Shown in pieces: positions 41,102 through 50,900 of a stretch of 54,023 nt of DNA. Position numbers and translations under genes: made by a program. This stretch comes from Blastocatellia bacterium. GTDB lineage: Bacteria; Acidobacteriota; Blastocatellia; RBC074. The notes under the pieces are model-generated. The model did no database searches and was not told the DNA's origin. It was given only the letters and a program-made list of their open reading frames with translations. The stretch spans positions 1 to 54,023 of the forward strand of contig JAYVRW010000291.1 of NCBI GenBank assembly GCA_043775925.1, in the 5' to 3' direction. Position 1 is the stretch's first letter; each line of letters opens with the position of its first letter.

Positions 41102-41791
41102 TCAGGCAAGATTTTGCTTGAAGAATGCCAGCACCTGCTTCCACGCGTCCGCCGCCTCATTCGCACTGTAAACTTCTGGGCGCGTATCATTAAAGAAAGC
41201 GTGATCGGCTCCGGCATAAATTTTGACTTCTCCCTGTTTATTATTATTTTGCAGCGCTTCTGTCAGTTTACTCATTTTCTCAACCGTGATCCATTGATCT
41301 TTTTCACCGCCAATAAACAGCAGCGGGCAGCCCAGGTTGGCGATGGCAGAAAGTTCGTCCGGCATCCCGTAAAACGGAGCTACCGCCTCAATTTTGTTCT
41401 GACAGGCAGTCAGCAAAGCTAAGACTCCACCCAGACAAAATCCGGTCACGCCGACGGAAGTCACGCCTTCCAAATTACGCAAATATTCTACCGTGGCTTT
41501 TAATCGTTCGAGCGCTCGCGGGAAATCAAGACTGTTCATGAGCCTGGTCGCTTCACCGGAATCTTTGGTCGTCACTCCGTCGTATAAATCCACTGCCACC
41601 GTAATAAAACCTTCGGCTGCGTAGCGACGCGCAATATCTTTGATGTGGTCGTTTAATCCCCACCATTCGTGGATCAGGATGATGGCGGGTGCGCTGGCGG
41701 TATTGGTCGGACGCGCCAGATAACCTTGCAGCGAAATTCCGTTCGATGAAAACTCAGCCGCCTGAGCCGTAATTGATTCGTTAGTTGTCAT
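41102..41791 (-). CDS. Dienelactone hydrolase family protein
   Basis: IHEWWGLN, GFCLGG, PFYG, ADHAFFND. Confidence 0.93.
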   Translation of the reverse strand: MTTNESITAQAAEFSSNGISLQGYLARPTNTASAPAIILIHEWWGLNDHIKDIARRYAAEGFITVAVDLYDGVTTKDSGEATRLMNSLDFPRALERLKATVEYLRNLEGVTSVGVTGFCLGGVLALLTACQNKIEAVAPFYGMPDELSAIANLGCPLLFIGGEKDQWITVEKMSKLTEALQNNNKQGEVKIYAGADHAFFNDTRPEVYSANEAADAWKQVLAFFKQNLA

Positions 41792-41964
41792 AATGGATTT
41801 TTCCGTAATCGTGTTATAGCCAATAAAACTAATATATCCGCAATCAAGGTAGGATCGCAAGCGGTCTTGATTTCAGATCAGTTGCCTCGCATAATAAATT
41901 TCGCGTTCGACTTGCCCCTGCATTTTTTCCCCTGCTGCCGTAAATTACCGATAGGTCTGTTTTT

Positions 41965-42963
41965 ATGCTTCACATTACGAATGGTGATTCGGCTGCCGGA
42001 TTGATTCAGTCAGCGGTTTTTTCCGGGAGCATCATGGCGTGGCGCGATGTGCTGCACGAAGGCCCCGTCCCGTCAGGACTTTCTTTGCAGAAGCTCAGCC
42101 GGATTCGCGCCAAGTGGATGGCTTCGCAAGGTTGGGGCGAACTTGAAGTTATTACAAACAGCTTCGCTGAACGTGATGAACTGTTGATGTCGTTTCGTGA
42201 ACACGACGAAATTGTTCTGTGGTTCGAGCACGACCTGTACGATCAATTACAACTCATCCAAATTCTTGACTGGTTTCATGATCGGCAACGCGGAGCGACC
42301 AAACTCAGCCTGATTTGTATCGGAGAATTCACGGGGATCAATCCATTTCACGGGCTGGGGCAATTGAACGGGCAGCAGATGGCGTCACTCTTTCCAATGC
42401 GTCATCGCGTGACACCAAAAGAAATGCTGACGGCACATTATGCGTGGCAATCGTTCACTTCTCCAAATCCGATTGACCTGAGTGATTTGCTTGAAAACGA
42501 GCTAAAAGCGCTTCCGTTTTTACGCGTAGCGATACAAAGACACTGCGAACAATTTCCTTCGACTTTCAATGGATTGTCCAGAACCGAGCGTCAAATCTTA
42601 GCTGCCGTAGCGAATGGGCAAACCACGCCGTCACAAATTTTTCAGTATGATCAAGCGCAGGAAGAAGCTGTGTTTATGGGCGATTCGACCTTGTGGTTGT
42701 ATGTCAAGCGGCTTTGCGAATCCAACGAACCGTTATTAAAAACGCAGGATGGAGTCTTTTTTGATATTCCCGAAGAATTGACCAAAGAATTTCTCACCCA
42801 AAAACTAAGCCTGACGGAAGCCGGAAAATCTGTAGTGGCGGGAAGTGCTGATAACCTCCAACTCAACGGTATTAACCGATGGCTGGGCGGCGTTCATCTG
42901 CAAGGCACGGAAGCTGAATGGCGATGGAATGGCGCGGCGTTGATACCGTATGGCGAGTCGTAG
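41965..42963 (+). CDS. DUF1835-like protein
   Basis: MLHITNGDSA, WRDVLHEGP, LWFEHDLYDQLQL, GLSRTE, RWLGG. Confidence 0.8.
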   Translation: MLHITNGDSAAGLIQSAVFSGSIMAWRDVLHEGPVPSGLSLQKLSRIRAKWMASQGWGELEVITNSFAERDELLMSFREHDEIVLWFEHDLYDQLQLIQILDWFHDRQRGATKLSLICIGEFTGINPFHGLGQLNGQQMASLFPMRHRVTPKEMLTAHYAWQSFTSPNPIDLSDLLENELKALPFLRVAIQRHCEQFPSTFNGLSRTERQILAAVANGQTTPSQIFQYDQAQEEAVFMGDSTLWLYVKRLCESNEPLLKTQDGVFFDIPEELTKEFLTQKLSLTEAGKSVVAGSADNLQLNGINRWLGGVHLQGTEAEWRWNGAALIPYGES

Positions 42964-43149
42964 CGAGCTGGTTTTCCATCCACCCGCGTCGCTACTGCTC
43001 CGGGTACTGCACCCTTGATCTTCTGACCAGTTTAATTCCTTATAAATCCTATTTATAGTCTTAATATTTTCATAAGTTGCAAATACCAGCCGGGCAACTT
43101 ATGATTTTGGATTGTAACAATTGACCGTAAATTTTGGAGGCTATACTCA

Positions 43150-44223
43150 GTGGAAATCAAAGATATTCAAAACCTGCTTGGCGCAGAAGCTGATGGTTTG
43201 CTCAACCATGAATGCAAAACCATTGCGAAAGAAGATGTTCATTTACCTGGTCCCGATTTTATTGATCGGGTCTGGATTGATTCGGATCGGACGCCGAACG
43301 TCCTGCGCAATATGCAGGAACTCTACAATCACGGACGCCTGGGCGGAACCGGCTACGTTTCGATTTTGCCCGTAGATCAGGGCATCGAACATTCAGCTGG
43401 GGCGAGCTTTGCGAAAAATCCGATTTATTTTGATCCTGCCAATATCGTCAAACTCGCCATCGAAGGCGGATGCAATGCCGTCGCTTCGACGCTGGGCGTG
43501 CTTGGCTCAACCGCTCGTAAATACGCGCATAAAATTCCGTACATCGTCAAATTGAATCACAACGAATTCATGTCGTACCCGAACGCTTTCGATCAAATTA
43601 TGTTTGGTCAGGTCGAGCAGGCTTTCGATATGGGAGCGACCGGAATCGGCGCCACGATTTATTTTGGTTCGCAGGAATCGCGTCGCCAAATCGTTGAAGT
43701 CAGCCAGGCCTTTCGTCGCGCTCACGAATTAGGTCTGTACACTGTGCTGTGGTGCTACCTGCGCAACGAAGCCTTCAAGACCAAAGAAAAAGATTTTCAT
43801 GTTTCGGCGGATTTAACCGGACAGGCGAATCACCTGGGCGTGACCATCGAAGCCGACATCATCAAGCAAAAACTGCCGGAAAATAACGGCGGATATTTGG
43901 CGTTGAATACGGGCGAAAGTGCCTACGGCAAAACCGACAAACGCATCTACACCGAACTCTGCACCGATCATCCGATTGACCTGACGCGCTACCAGTTGGC
44001 GAATTGCTATATGGGACGTTCGGGATTAATCAATTCCGGTGGTGCTTCCAGCGGAGCCAGCGATCTGAAAGAAGCGATCACGACTGCGATCATTAACAAA
44101 CGCGCCGGAGGCATGGGCTTGATTTCAGGTCGCAAAGCCTTCCAACGCCCGATGGCAGAAGGCGCTGCGTTGTTGCAATCCATTCAGGATGTGTACCTGG
44201 CGAAGGAAATTACGATTGCGTAA
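43150..44223 (+). CDS. fbaB: Class I fructose-bisphosphate aldolase (DhnA type)
   Basis: [40 protein letters not shown]; GGAGG RBS before the GTG. Confidence 0.96.
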   Translation: MEIKDIQNLLGAEADGLLNHECKTIAKEDVHLPGPDFIDRVWIDSDRTPNVLRNMQELYNHGRLGGTGYVSILPVDQGIEHSAGASFAKNPIYFDPANIVKLAIEGGCNAVASTLGVLGSTARKYAHKIPYIVKLNHNEFMSYPNAFDQIMFGQVEQAFDMGATGIGATIYFGSQESRRQIVEVSQAFRRAHELGLYTVLWCYLRNEAFKTKEKDFHVSADLTGQANHLGVTIEADIIKQKLPENNGGYLALNTGESAYGKTDKRIYTELCTDHPIDLTRYQLANCYMGRSGLINSGGASSGASDLKEAITTAIINKRAGGMGLISGRKAFQRPMAEGAALLQSIQDVYLAKEITIA

Positions 44224-44253
44224 TTGATGTAACGCAACTTTGTACGAGAAACG

Positions 44254-44296
44254 AAAACCCCCATCACTACGGTTGAAAGTAGTGATGGGGGTTTTT
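44254..44296 (+). terminator. Intrinsic terminator after fbaB
   Basis: AAAACCCCCATCACTAC-ggttgaaa-GTAGTGATGGGGGTTTT. Confidence 0.88.
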
Positions 44297-44319
44297 CTTA
44301 ACCTGCAACGCAGGTGTCA

Positions 44320-44486
44320 GCCAGTAGCCCCGTGCGTAAGCGCGGGGTGACGAGTTGATAATTTTTTAGCCCGCGAAGTGGGCGACAGACATTCTGCCGC
44401 CCACTTCGCGGGCTTATCTTTTCTGGCATTTACAACCCCGCGCTCACGCACGGGGCTACTTGCTACCGCCCGACTTCGCGGGCTAA
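44320..44486. repeat. Nested REP/BIME-like palindromic element
   Basis: AGTAGCCCCGTGCGT.AGCGCGGGGT ... ACCCCGCGCTCACGCACGGGGCTACT enclosing AGCCCGCGAAGTGGGCG...CGCCCACTTCGCGGGCT. Confidence 0.75.
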
Positions 44487-44699
44487 TTCCTAACCTGAGA
44501 TTTACTGGTCGCCACGTTCTTACATTCTGGAATTTATCGGCGGAGCCTTTGGAGTGCTGCGACCCGTCGCAGCTTTTCGTTCGTTACCAAAAACATTGGT
44601 GTACCGATAACGATCTTCGGCGAACACAGCGACAAGCCTGTCACGCTCCATAATCAATATTCCGGCTTTGATATGAAACAAACGTTTCCAGAATAGAAG

Positions 44700-46853
44700 C
44701 TACTCCTCGCCCCGAAAGTTGGCTAAATTCTTGCGCCAGATTTCAGCCCTTGGACTCTGAATTTCCGTATGAATCCTCAACGCCGCTTCTGTGAGGGTAA
44801 TCGCTTTTTTACGTTCCCCAAGCTTGTTGTAAGCAAGACCAAGATGACCAAGACGATTGCCTTCACCCCGACGGTCACCGATCTCACGTGAAATGGGAAT
44901 TGCCTGCTCGTAAAAAGAAATGGCTTGGGACAGGTCGCCGAGATGGTCGTAAGCAAGACCAAGATTGCAAAGGTTATTACCTTCGCCTCGATGGTCACCA
45001 ATCTCACGTGTGATAACGAGAGCTTGCTCGTGGAAGGAAATAGCTTTGTGCGCGTCGCCAAGGTTGTCGTAAGCAATACCAAGATTGCCGAGAACAGCGC
45101 CTTCGGCGCTACGGTCACCGATTTCACGTGCGATGATGAGAGCCTGCTCGTGAAATGAAATAGCACAGGGTAAGTCGCCAAGGTTTTTGTTGGCGATACC
45201 AAGATTGCCTAGGTGATTGCCTTCGCTCCGGCGGTCACCGATCTCACGTGCGATAACGAGAGCCTGCTCGTGAAAGAAAATGGCTTTGTGCGTGTCGCCA
45301 AGGTTTTCATACGTGATACCTAGATTGCCGAGCCATATACCTTCGTTTCTACGGTCGCCGATCTCGCGTGAGATGATGAGTGCCTGCTCGTATGAAGAAA
45401 TAACTTTGGGTACGTCGCCGAGATTGGCATAAATGTTACCAAGGTTGCCAAGGTGAGCGCCTTCGCTTGCGCGGTCGCCGATTTTTTGCGCGGCTTTGAC
45501 AGCCGCTCCAATAATCGGAATTCGTTCGCTTGGTATTATTCGCATGTACATCAGGTTAATGAAAGAGTAGCCATACAGATTACAAATTCGTGAGGCTTCC
45601 TCATCTTGCGCTAGTCGCTTTTCTACCCATTGTTGTCCTGCAAAGATGTTCTCACGCTCAGTCTCAAATCGTTTGATAGCAGCAAGCTGAAGTGCGTGAT
45701 TGCTGCCCATAAATTCATCATCGGCATTGCTCGCCAAGACAAGGTAATACCGAGCAAACCGCATCTCTGCGGTATAGTTTTCACCTTCTGCGCTCTTGTC
45801 TTTCGCATACACGCGCACGAGGTCGTGCAGGCGGTAGCGTTTTGTCTCAAGGCTGTAATTGACCAGGCTGCGTTTGAGCAATTCAGAGAGGGACTGGTGT
45901 TTTTCGTCTGCGCAAATCGCTTCTGCCGCTGCCGCATCGAACGAAGCAGGGAAGGCGGACAGGTTGCGAAACACGCGCTGTTGCGCTTCGCTCAGCCGCG
46001 CATAGCTCAGATTGAACGAAGCCGTCACGCTTAAATCTTCATCGTTGACGCGCTCAATTTCCTTTAGACGATTTTTCTCATCGCGCAATTCGTTCAGGTA
46101 ATCGGCTGCGTCAAGATCAATTTCTACGTCGAGCAACGTCGCTGCGGCACGAATTGCCAGCGGCAAATATCCGCACAATTTACAAATTTCATTGGCGATG
46201 TCAGGAGCTACGCCGGACTTGATGGCGTTGAATAATTCGCGGGCTTTATCCGGCGGCAGCGTTTCCAGATCAAGGTGCGTCAGCCCCGGCAATTTGATTG
46301 GATGCCGCGACGTAATCAGCAATGCGCAATTGGGCGGCGGCAAAAATGGACGTACCTGTTCGGGTCTGTGCGCATTATCGAGCAGGAGCAGGACAGGCTT
46401 ATTGCCGAGCGTGTGCAGGTACAATTGCGTGAGTTCGGCAAGTGAATCTGGCAACTTGATTTCATCTTTGTAAAAAGCGCGAATGACGAAGCCGAGCGCA
46501 GTTTCTGGCGAAGTCGGATGGTCGGAAGTCCCTTGTAAATCTACGCGAAGTTGCGCGGGAAAATCTTGCATGAGTTCGTGTGCGACTTTGAGCGCGAGTT
46601 CCGTTTTGCCGACACCACCCATTCCCTTAATGCCACCAATCGCCGCGCCGGCGCCGTTCCTGATTGCTTTCACGAGATCGGCTATTTCACGTTCGCGTCC
46701 AACGAAATCACTGACAGGCGCACGCATCTGTAAGGTTCGCTGCGGAGAGAAATAAATCGTATTGCCATCGCCAGTAACGATGACGCCAGTATTATTTACT
46801 GCATAGACGTTGCGGTTGCCGGATTGTGTGGTGTGAGAATTGGGTTGTTCCAT
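44700..46853 (-). CDS. NLR-like STAND ATPase (NB-ARC plus TPR) with an N-terminal amyloid-like signalling motif
   Basis: FVGRE, Walker A GMGGVGKT, Walker B LLLLDNA, LITSR, GYLPLAI, LHDLV; six 40-aa LGNLG TPRs; N-terminal QSGNRNVYAVNNTGVIVTGDGN. Confidence 0.92.
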   Translation of the reverse strand: MEQPNSHTTQSGNRNVYAVNNTGVIVTGDGNTIYFSPQRTLQMRAPVSDFVGREREIADLVKAIRNGAGAAIGGIKGMGGVGKTELALKVAHELMQDFPAQLRVDLQGTSDHPTSPETALGFVIRAFYKDEIKLPDSLAELTQLYLHTLGNKPVLLLLDNAHRPEQVRPFLPPPNCALLITSRHPIKLPGLTHLDLETLPPDKARELFNAIKSGVAPDIANEICKLCGYLPLAIRAAATLLDVEIDLDAADYLNELRDEKNRLKEIERVNDEDLSVTASFNLSYARLSEAQQRVFRNLSAFPASFDAAAAEAICADEKHQSLSELLKRSLVNYSLETKRYRLHDLVRVYAKDKSAEGENYTAEMRFARYYLVLASNADDEFMGSNHALQLAAIKRFETERENIFAGQQWVEKRLAQDEEASRICNLYGYSFINLMYMRIIPSERIPIIGAAVKAAQKIGDRASEGAHLGNLGNIYANLGDVPKVISSYEQALIISREIGDRRNEGIWLGNLGITYENLGDTHKAIFFHEQALVIAREIGDRRSEGNHLGNLGIANKNLGDLPCAISFHEQALIIAREIGDRSAEGAVLGNLGIAYDNLGDAHKAISFHEQALVITREIGDHRGEGNNLCNLGLAYDHLGDLSQAISFYEQAIPISREIGDRRGEGNRLGHLGLAYNKLGERKKAITLTEAALRIHTEIQSPRAEIWRKNLANFRGEE
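44745..45480 (-). repeat. 120-bp tandem repeats encoding TPRs
   Basis: GGTC(A/G)CC(G/A)AT recurs at exactly 120-bp spacing (about 44873, 44993, 45113, 45233, 45353, 45473). Confidence 0.9.
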
Positions 46854-46897
46854 ATCAAATCCATGTCATGTAATTGTCCCTGTAAAATTGCGGAGCT

Positions 46898-47044
46898 TTG
46901 TGGCTTTGCTACCGGATGTGCGGAAGGTCTGTGACCTTCCGAGGGAATGTTCTGTATTGGGCTACGCCCGGGCGTAGCCCAATACAGAGAGAATCGTTTT
47001 CGGTCAGGCACAGCCTAACCGCACATCAGGCGGCACAGCCGCAA
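46898..47044. repeat. MITE/REP-like palindromic element, family A copy 2
   Basis: GATGTGCGG ... ATTGGGCTACGCCCGGGCGTAGCCCAAT ... AACCGCACATCAGGCGGCACAGCCGC, matching 17548-17724. Confidence 0.7.
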
Positions 47045-47100
47045 TACAAGAGTCGTAGTATTTACAGAAAAATTAAGGTAGTGGGTAAATTGGGTGGGAT

Positions 47101-47190
47101 GTGTCAGTAGTCCGACGGTGAAGGAGGGCTGGCTTCGGCACTACGCCCATTGAGAGGCAGCCCTCGCTGACGCGCGGGCTACTGACACAC
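47101..47190. repeat. REP-like palindrome, family B
   Basis: GTGTCAGTAGTCCGACGGTGAAGGAGGGCT...AGCCCTCGCTGACGCGCGGGCTACTGACAC; related to 8161-8228. Confidence 0.75.
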
Positions 47191-47219
47191 CGCCTCACCT
47201 GATTGCACCACTACCAAAA

Positions 47220-47630
47220 TTATTTCTCAATCTTGTTCTTATCGCCCGTCATAATCGTGCCGGAATTGCTACCGCCGATATTCACATTGCGATCACCGGA
47301 TTGAATGACGGTGTTGCCTGATTGCAACTGCTTGAATTCTTCCAGCAATGACGGATGTGCGGCTAAGACTCTGGCTAATTCTTCCTGCAACGTGATTTTG
47401 CTGCCATTGGATTCAGGTTTGTTGATGACGGCTTCCGCTGCCTTCACAGCTTCTTCGTCGTCAATCACTTTGAAAAAATATTTCTCGACAAAAGCTTTTC
47501 CGTTGGCAGTCGCTTCGCCAAACAACTTTTTTGAGGCTTCGCCAACAACGGTGTCTCCGGTTTTGGTGACGATGAATTTGGCAATATCGGGTAAGAGCGA
47601 AACCAACGGGGCTAAGGCGGTCATGTCCAT
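47220..47630 (-). CDS. Bell/HeLo-like helical effector with a C-terminal amyloid-like (BASS/RHIM-like) motif
   Basis: 136 aa from the ATG at 47630 (GGAGA RBS); hydrophobic N-terminal helix, GEASKKLFG, AAEAVINKPES, LQEELARVLAAHPSL, then QSGDRNVNIGGSNSGTIMTGDKN. Confidence 0.85.
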   Translation of the reverse strand: MDMTALAPLVSLLPDIAKFIVTKTGDTVVGEASKKLFGEATANGKAFVEKYFFKVIDDEEAVKAAEAVINKPESNGSKITLQEELARVLAAHPSLLEEFKQLQSGNTVIQSGDRNVNIGGSNSGTIMTGDKNKIEK

Positions 47631-47952
47631 ATTTTCAATCTCCAAATCAAGGGGCAACGATTGTCGGTTACTTACCCGTCAATGGTTTTTGGACAACGCT
47701 GCGAGAAATACTGCTGAGTCTGTGGGTAAGCAGCGTCATCTTATGAAATTGTTGTAATGGACGGCAAGAAAAATATTAGTGTTGCCGAAATGGTTCGTTG
47801 TTCAGAGTCCACGCTTCAGCGTGCTTTCTGCCGACCGCGAAGCGCTGAACCCTTACACTCTGAAATAAAAAAAGGGGGCGCAGTACAATGCTGCGCCCGT
47901 AATCAGTTCTCCTACTTGTGAAAATATCCGATTCATTCTTCGGACAAGCTTG

Positions 47953-50900
47953 TTACCGAATCTTGACGGAGAACCCGACTTCTCCAGTATGGTTCGGTGA
48001 AATTTGACTTAGCGTTCCTGCGCTCACCCTCCATCTGACGGCTTTGACGTTGCGGTCGTAGCCGGTGTCTGCACTGCCACCACCGCTCACCGGAACATAA
48101 GTCCAAGTCGCGGTGGCAGGTGTGGCGGCTACAAAATCATTGGAGAATTCAGCCACCATTGTGAGTCCGGTCGTCCCCAGCGTCATGGTTTGAGACCCTA
48201 ATTTATAATCCGTATCATTCGGGATGGGATCAAAGATCACGAGTTGTTGCGCGGCGGCATTACCTGTATTGGTGAAGACGATCTGGTAGGTCAAATCGGT
48301 TCCCGGTTGTTTATCGCCAGTGGGCGTGACTGCTTTGACCAGCGTCACGAGGGGGAGACCTGTAATCGTGAAAGTGGTGGGATCAACTGAAGCCGTGATG
48401 GTCTGCGAGACGGAAGTGACGGGAATCGTCAAGTTGTAAGGAGCGGCAGCAATTATCGCCGAGAGGTCAGCGGTCGCGCCAGCGTTGTCAGTGAGAACAC
48501 CAGCGGCAAGTAATTCCGTGCCAGTGCCTTTTGCCTGATTGCTGAGAATTCCGGTAGTTCCGGCATTGATGGTGACAGGAATGGTGACGGTGATGACACC
48601 ACCAACTTTCAGGACTCCACCAGCTGAAAGCAAATTACTGACTGCGCCTGCCGCTGCGCCCGTGTAACTCCCGTTAACGCTTGCCGTTGTGCCGGTTCCG
48701 GCAACTGTCACCGTTGGCGCACCGGCTAAGGTCAATCCAGTTGGGATTTGGTCATTAGCTTGGAAACTATTGATATTTGTGACACCCGTATTGAGATAGT
48801 TGATTGTGTAAGTCAAAGTATCGCCCGGATCAACGACGCTGTTTCCGCTGACATCGGTTGTTAGTTTGACCGATTTGTAGGCGGTAACCGCTTCAAATGT
48901 TGATGTCGAAGTTTGAATCGTTGAATCGGGTGAAAATTCGGAAGTGTTTCCGACTGCATCCGTTGCCGTCATCGTGATTGCATCGCCGGCAGCAAGCCCT
49001 GTTACTGCCAAGCTCGAATTAAATAACCCGTTTCCATCGGCAGTGATTGTTCCAAGATAGGTTTTACCTTCGCCGTGTGGGTTGCTTAAACCATCGCCTA
49101 AAATCACTTCGCCATCCTGGTCGGCTGGTGAGTTATCCGCTTTGTAAATGTCAATGGTCGCATTGGCAAACGCTACATTTCCAGCACCTGCGTTACCAAT
49201 AAAACCCTTCAAAGTAAGGTTTCCACCGCTCAAAACAGCACTGGTTGCAATTGGATAATCTATTCCATTGTTTGCTCCTGAACCAATCGAACCATTATTT
49301 GGGCTGACCAAATTATAATCTAAATCAATTCCTAATGAACCATTTTTGAAAATAGAATTACCACGAATCGTGTTATTTGTTCCGCTTGCCATATTAACCC
49401 CTGTCACAGTTGAAAAGGCAATCACATTTTTTTGTCCGGGAGCGATCCCACCAATAATGTTATTTGAGGCGGCTGAGGCTATATTGAGTGCAAAAACACC
49501 AAATTTGTTTGGTAAGGCTGAAACACCTGTTTTTTCAGTTCCAATTAAATTGCCATAGAAAGTATTTGTGTTGGCAGATGCGTCCAGATAAATACCTTCA
49601 TTTGTATTTCCTGAAATTAAATTACCTTCGCCGGAATTGCTACCACCAATTTGATTGTTTGAGGTAGAAGCTAGATAAAAACCTTGATTGTTTGGAATAG
49701 CACTCGTGCCATTGATGTCAGTCCCAACATAGTTACCCTGCACAGTGTTATTGGTGCTATTAGTATTGATTACAATCCCTATCACATTACCGCTGACAAT
49801 ATTTCTCGCGGTGGCGGTTGCTCCACCAACTAAGGTATTTGTTGAGGTGATAATTGCTATTCCGTGTCCGTTTGTATTGCCAAGTCCGGCTAAACCATCG
49901 GCGGTAGTTCCAATTAAATTCCCTTGAATCGTAGTGCCTGCGGTAAGTCTGATTTCAACTCCGGCTTCTGACGCGTTACCACTAATCAAATTACCTGCAC
50001 CGGTTGCCGTTCCACCAATTAAATTATTACTTCCTGCACTGACCAATCTAATTCCGGAACTAATCTGCCCCAGAATTGCCGTGCCGGAAATATTTGTTCC
50101 AATATAATTTCCCTGCACAGTATTGTTACTCGCGGCTGAATTTCTAAAATCAATACCTTTGTAGTTACCAACTACTAAATTACGGTCTGCTCCTGTTGTG
50201 CCGCCAATTTGATTACTAGAACCAAAGACGAGGATACCTGCACCCATTCTTCCAACGAGAGCAGTTCCGGCAGGATTACTACCGATATTGTTACATTGGA
50301 TTGTATTGCCGGTAGAGGTAGAGTTGATTCTTATCGCAAACATATTGCCATAGAGTGCTGCTAAAGAGTGATTCATATTGATAGTCAGCCCACGCACAAT
50401 ATTATTATTACTGTTGATGCCAAACATATTTGTGCCATCAGGTAAACTTGGTCCGGAAACCTGAATTAACAAATTACGCGGCGAGGCAGAAGCACCGGGT
50501 TGGGTCGTGCCATCAACGGCTGTATTGTTATCCGTGATAGTCGTTCCCGCAGAAGTGAATGTTACTGTTGCAATACCGCTACTTGTATAATCAAGCGATG
50601 AACGCAATCCCGCCGCAGCCGTGCCATTACTAATCATAAAGATTGAGGTTTCTTTTCCGGCAGTTTGCCCGACTTGGGCAAGTCCGGCGTTGGTTAAAGT
50701 GTTTGAATTTGTGATGAATTGACGCAACGAGCCTTGTCCGCTGTCGTTAGTATTAACAATCGTATCGAAGTTGAATCCAAAATCTACTCCTGTAATATTT
50801 GAAGCTCCAACTGTTACCGGAGCAATTGATTCGGCTGTTGTTGATGCTGTCGTTAATGCGGCAAGCGTTGTTGAGCCATTTCCGGCATCTGCTAAACTTG

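Noticed and set aside
44378-44653. 91-aa ORF, and likewise 46796..47011, 46898..47110 and 38134..38439
   Set aside because: They are translations of palindromic repeat elements or antisense overlaps, with no RBS or family motif.
44745-45480. Regularly spaced repeats as a CRISPR array or DGR template/variable repeats
   Set aside because: The period is exactly 120 bp in frame within a TPR-coding ORF, with no unique spacers and no cas or reverse transcriptase gene in the window.
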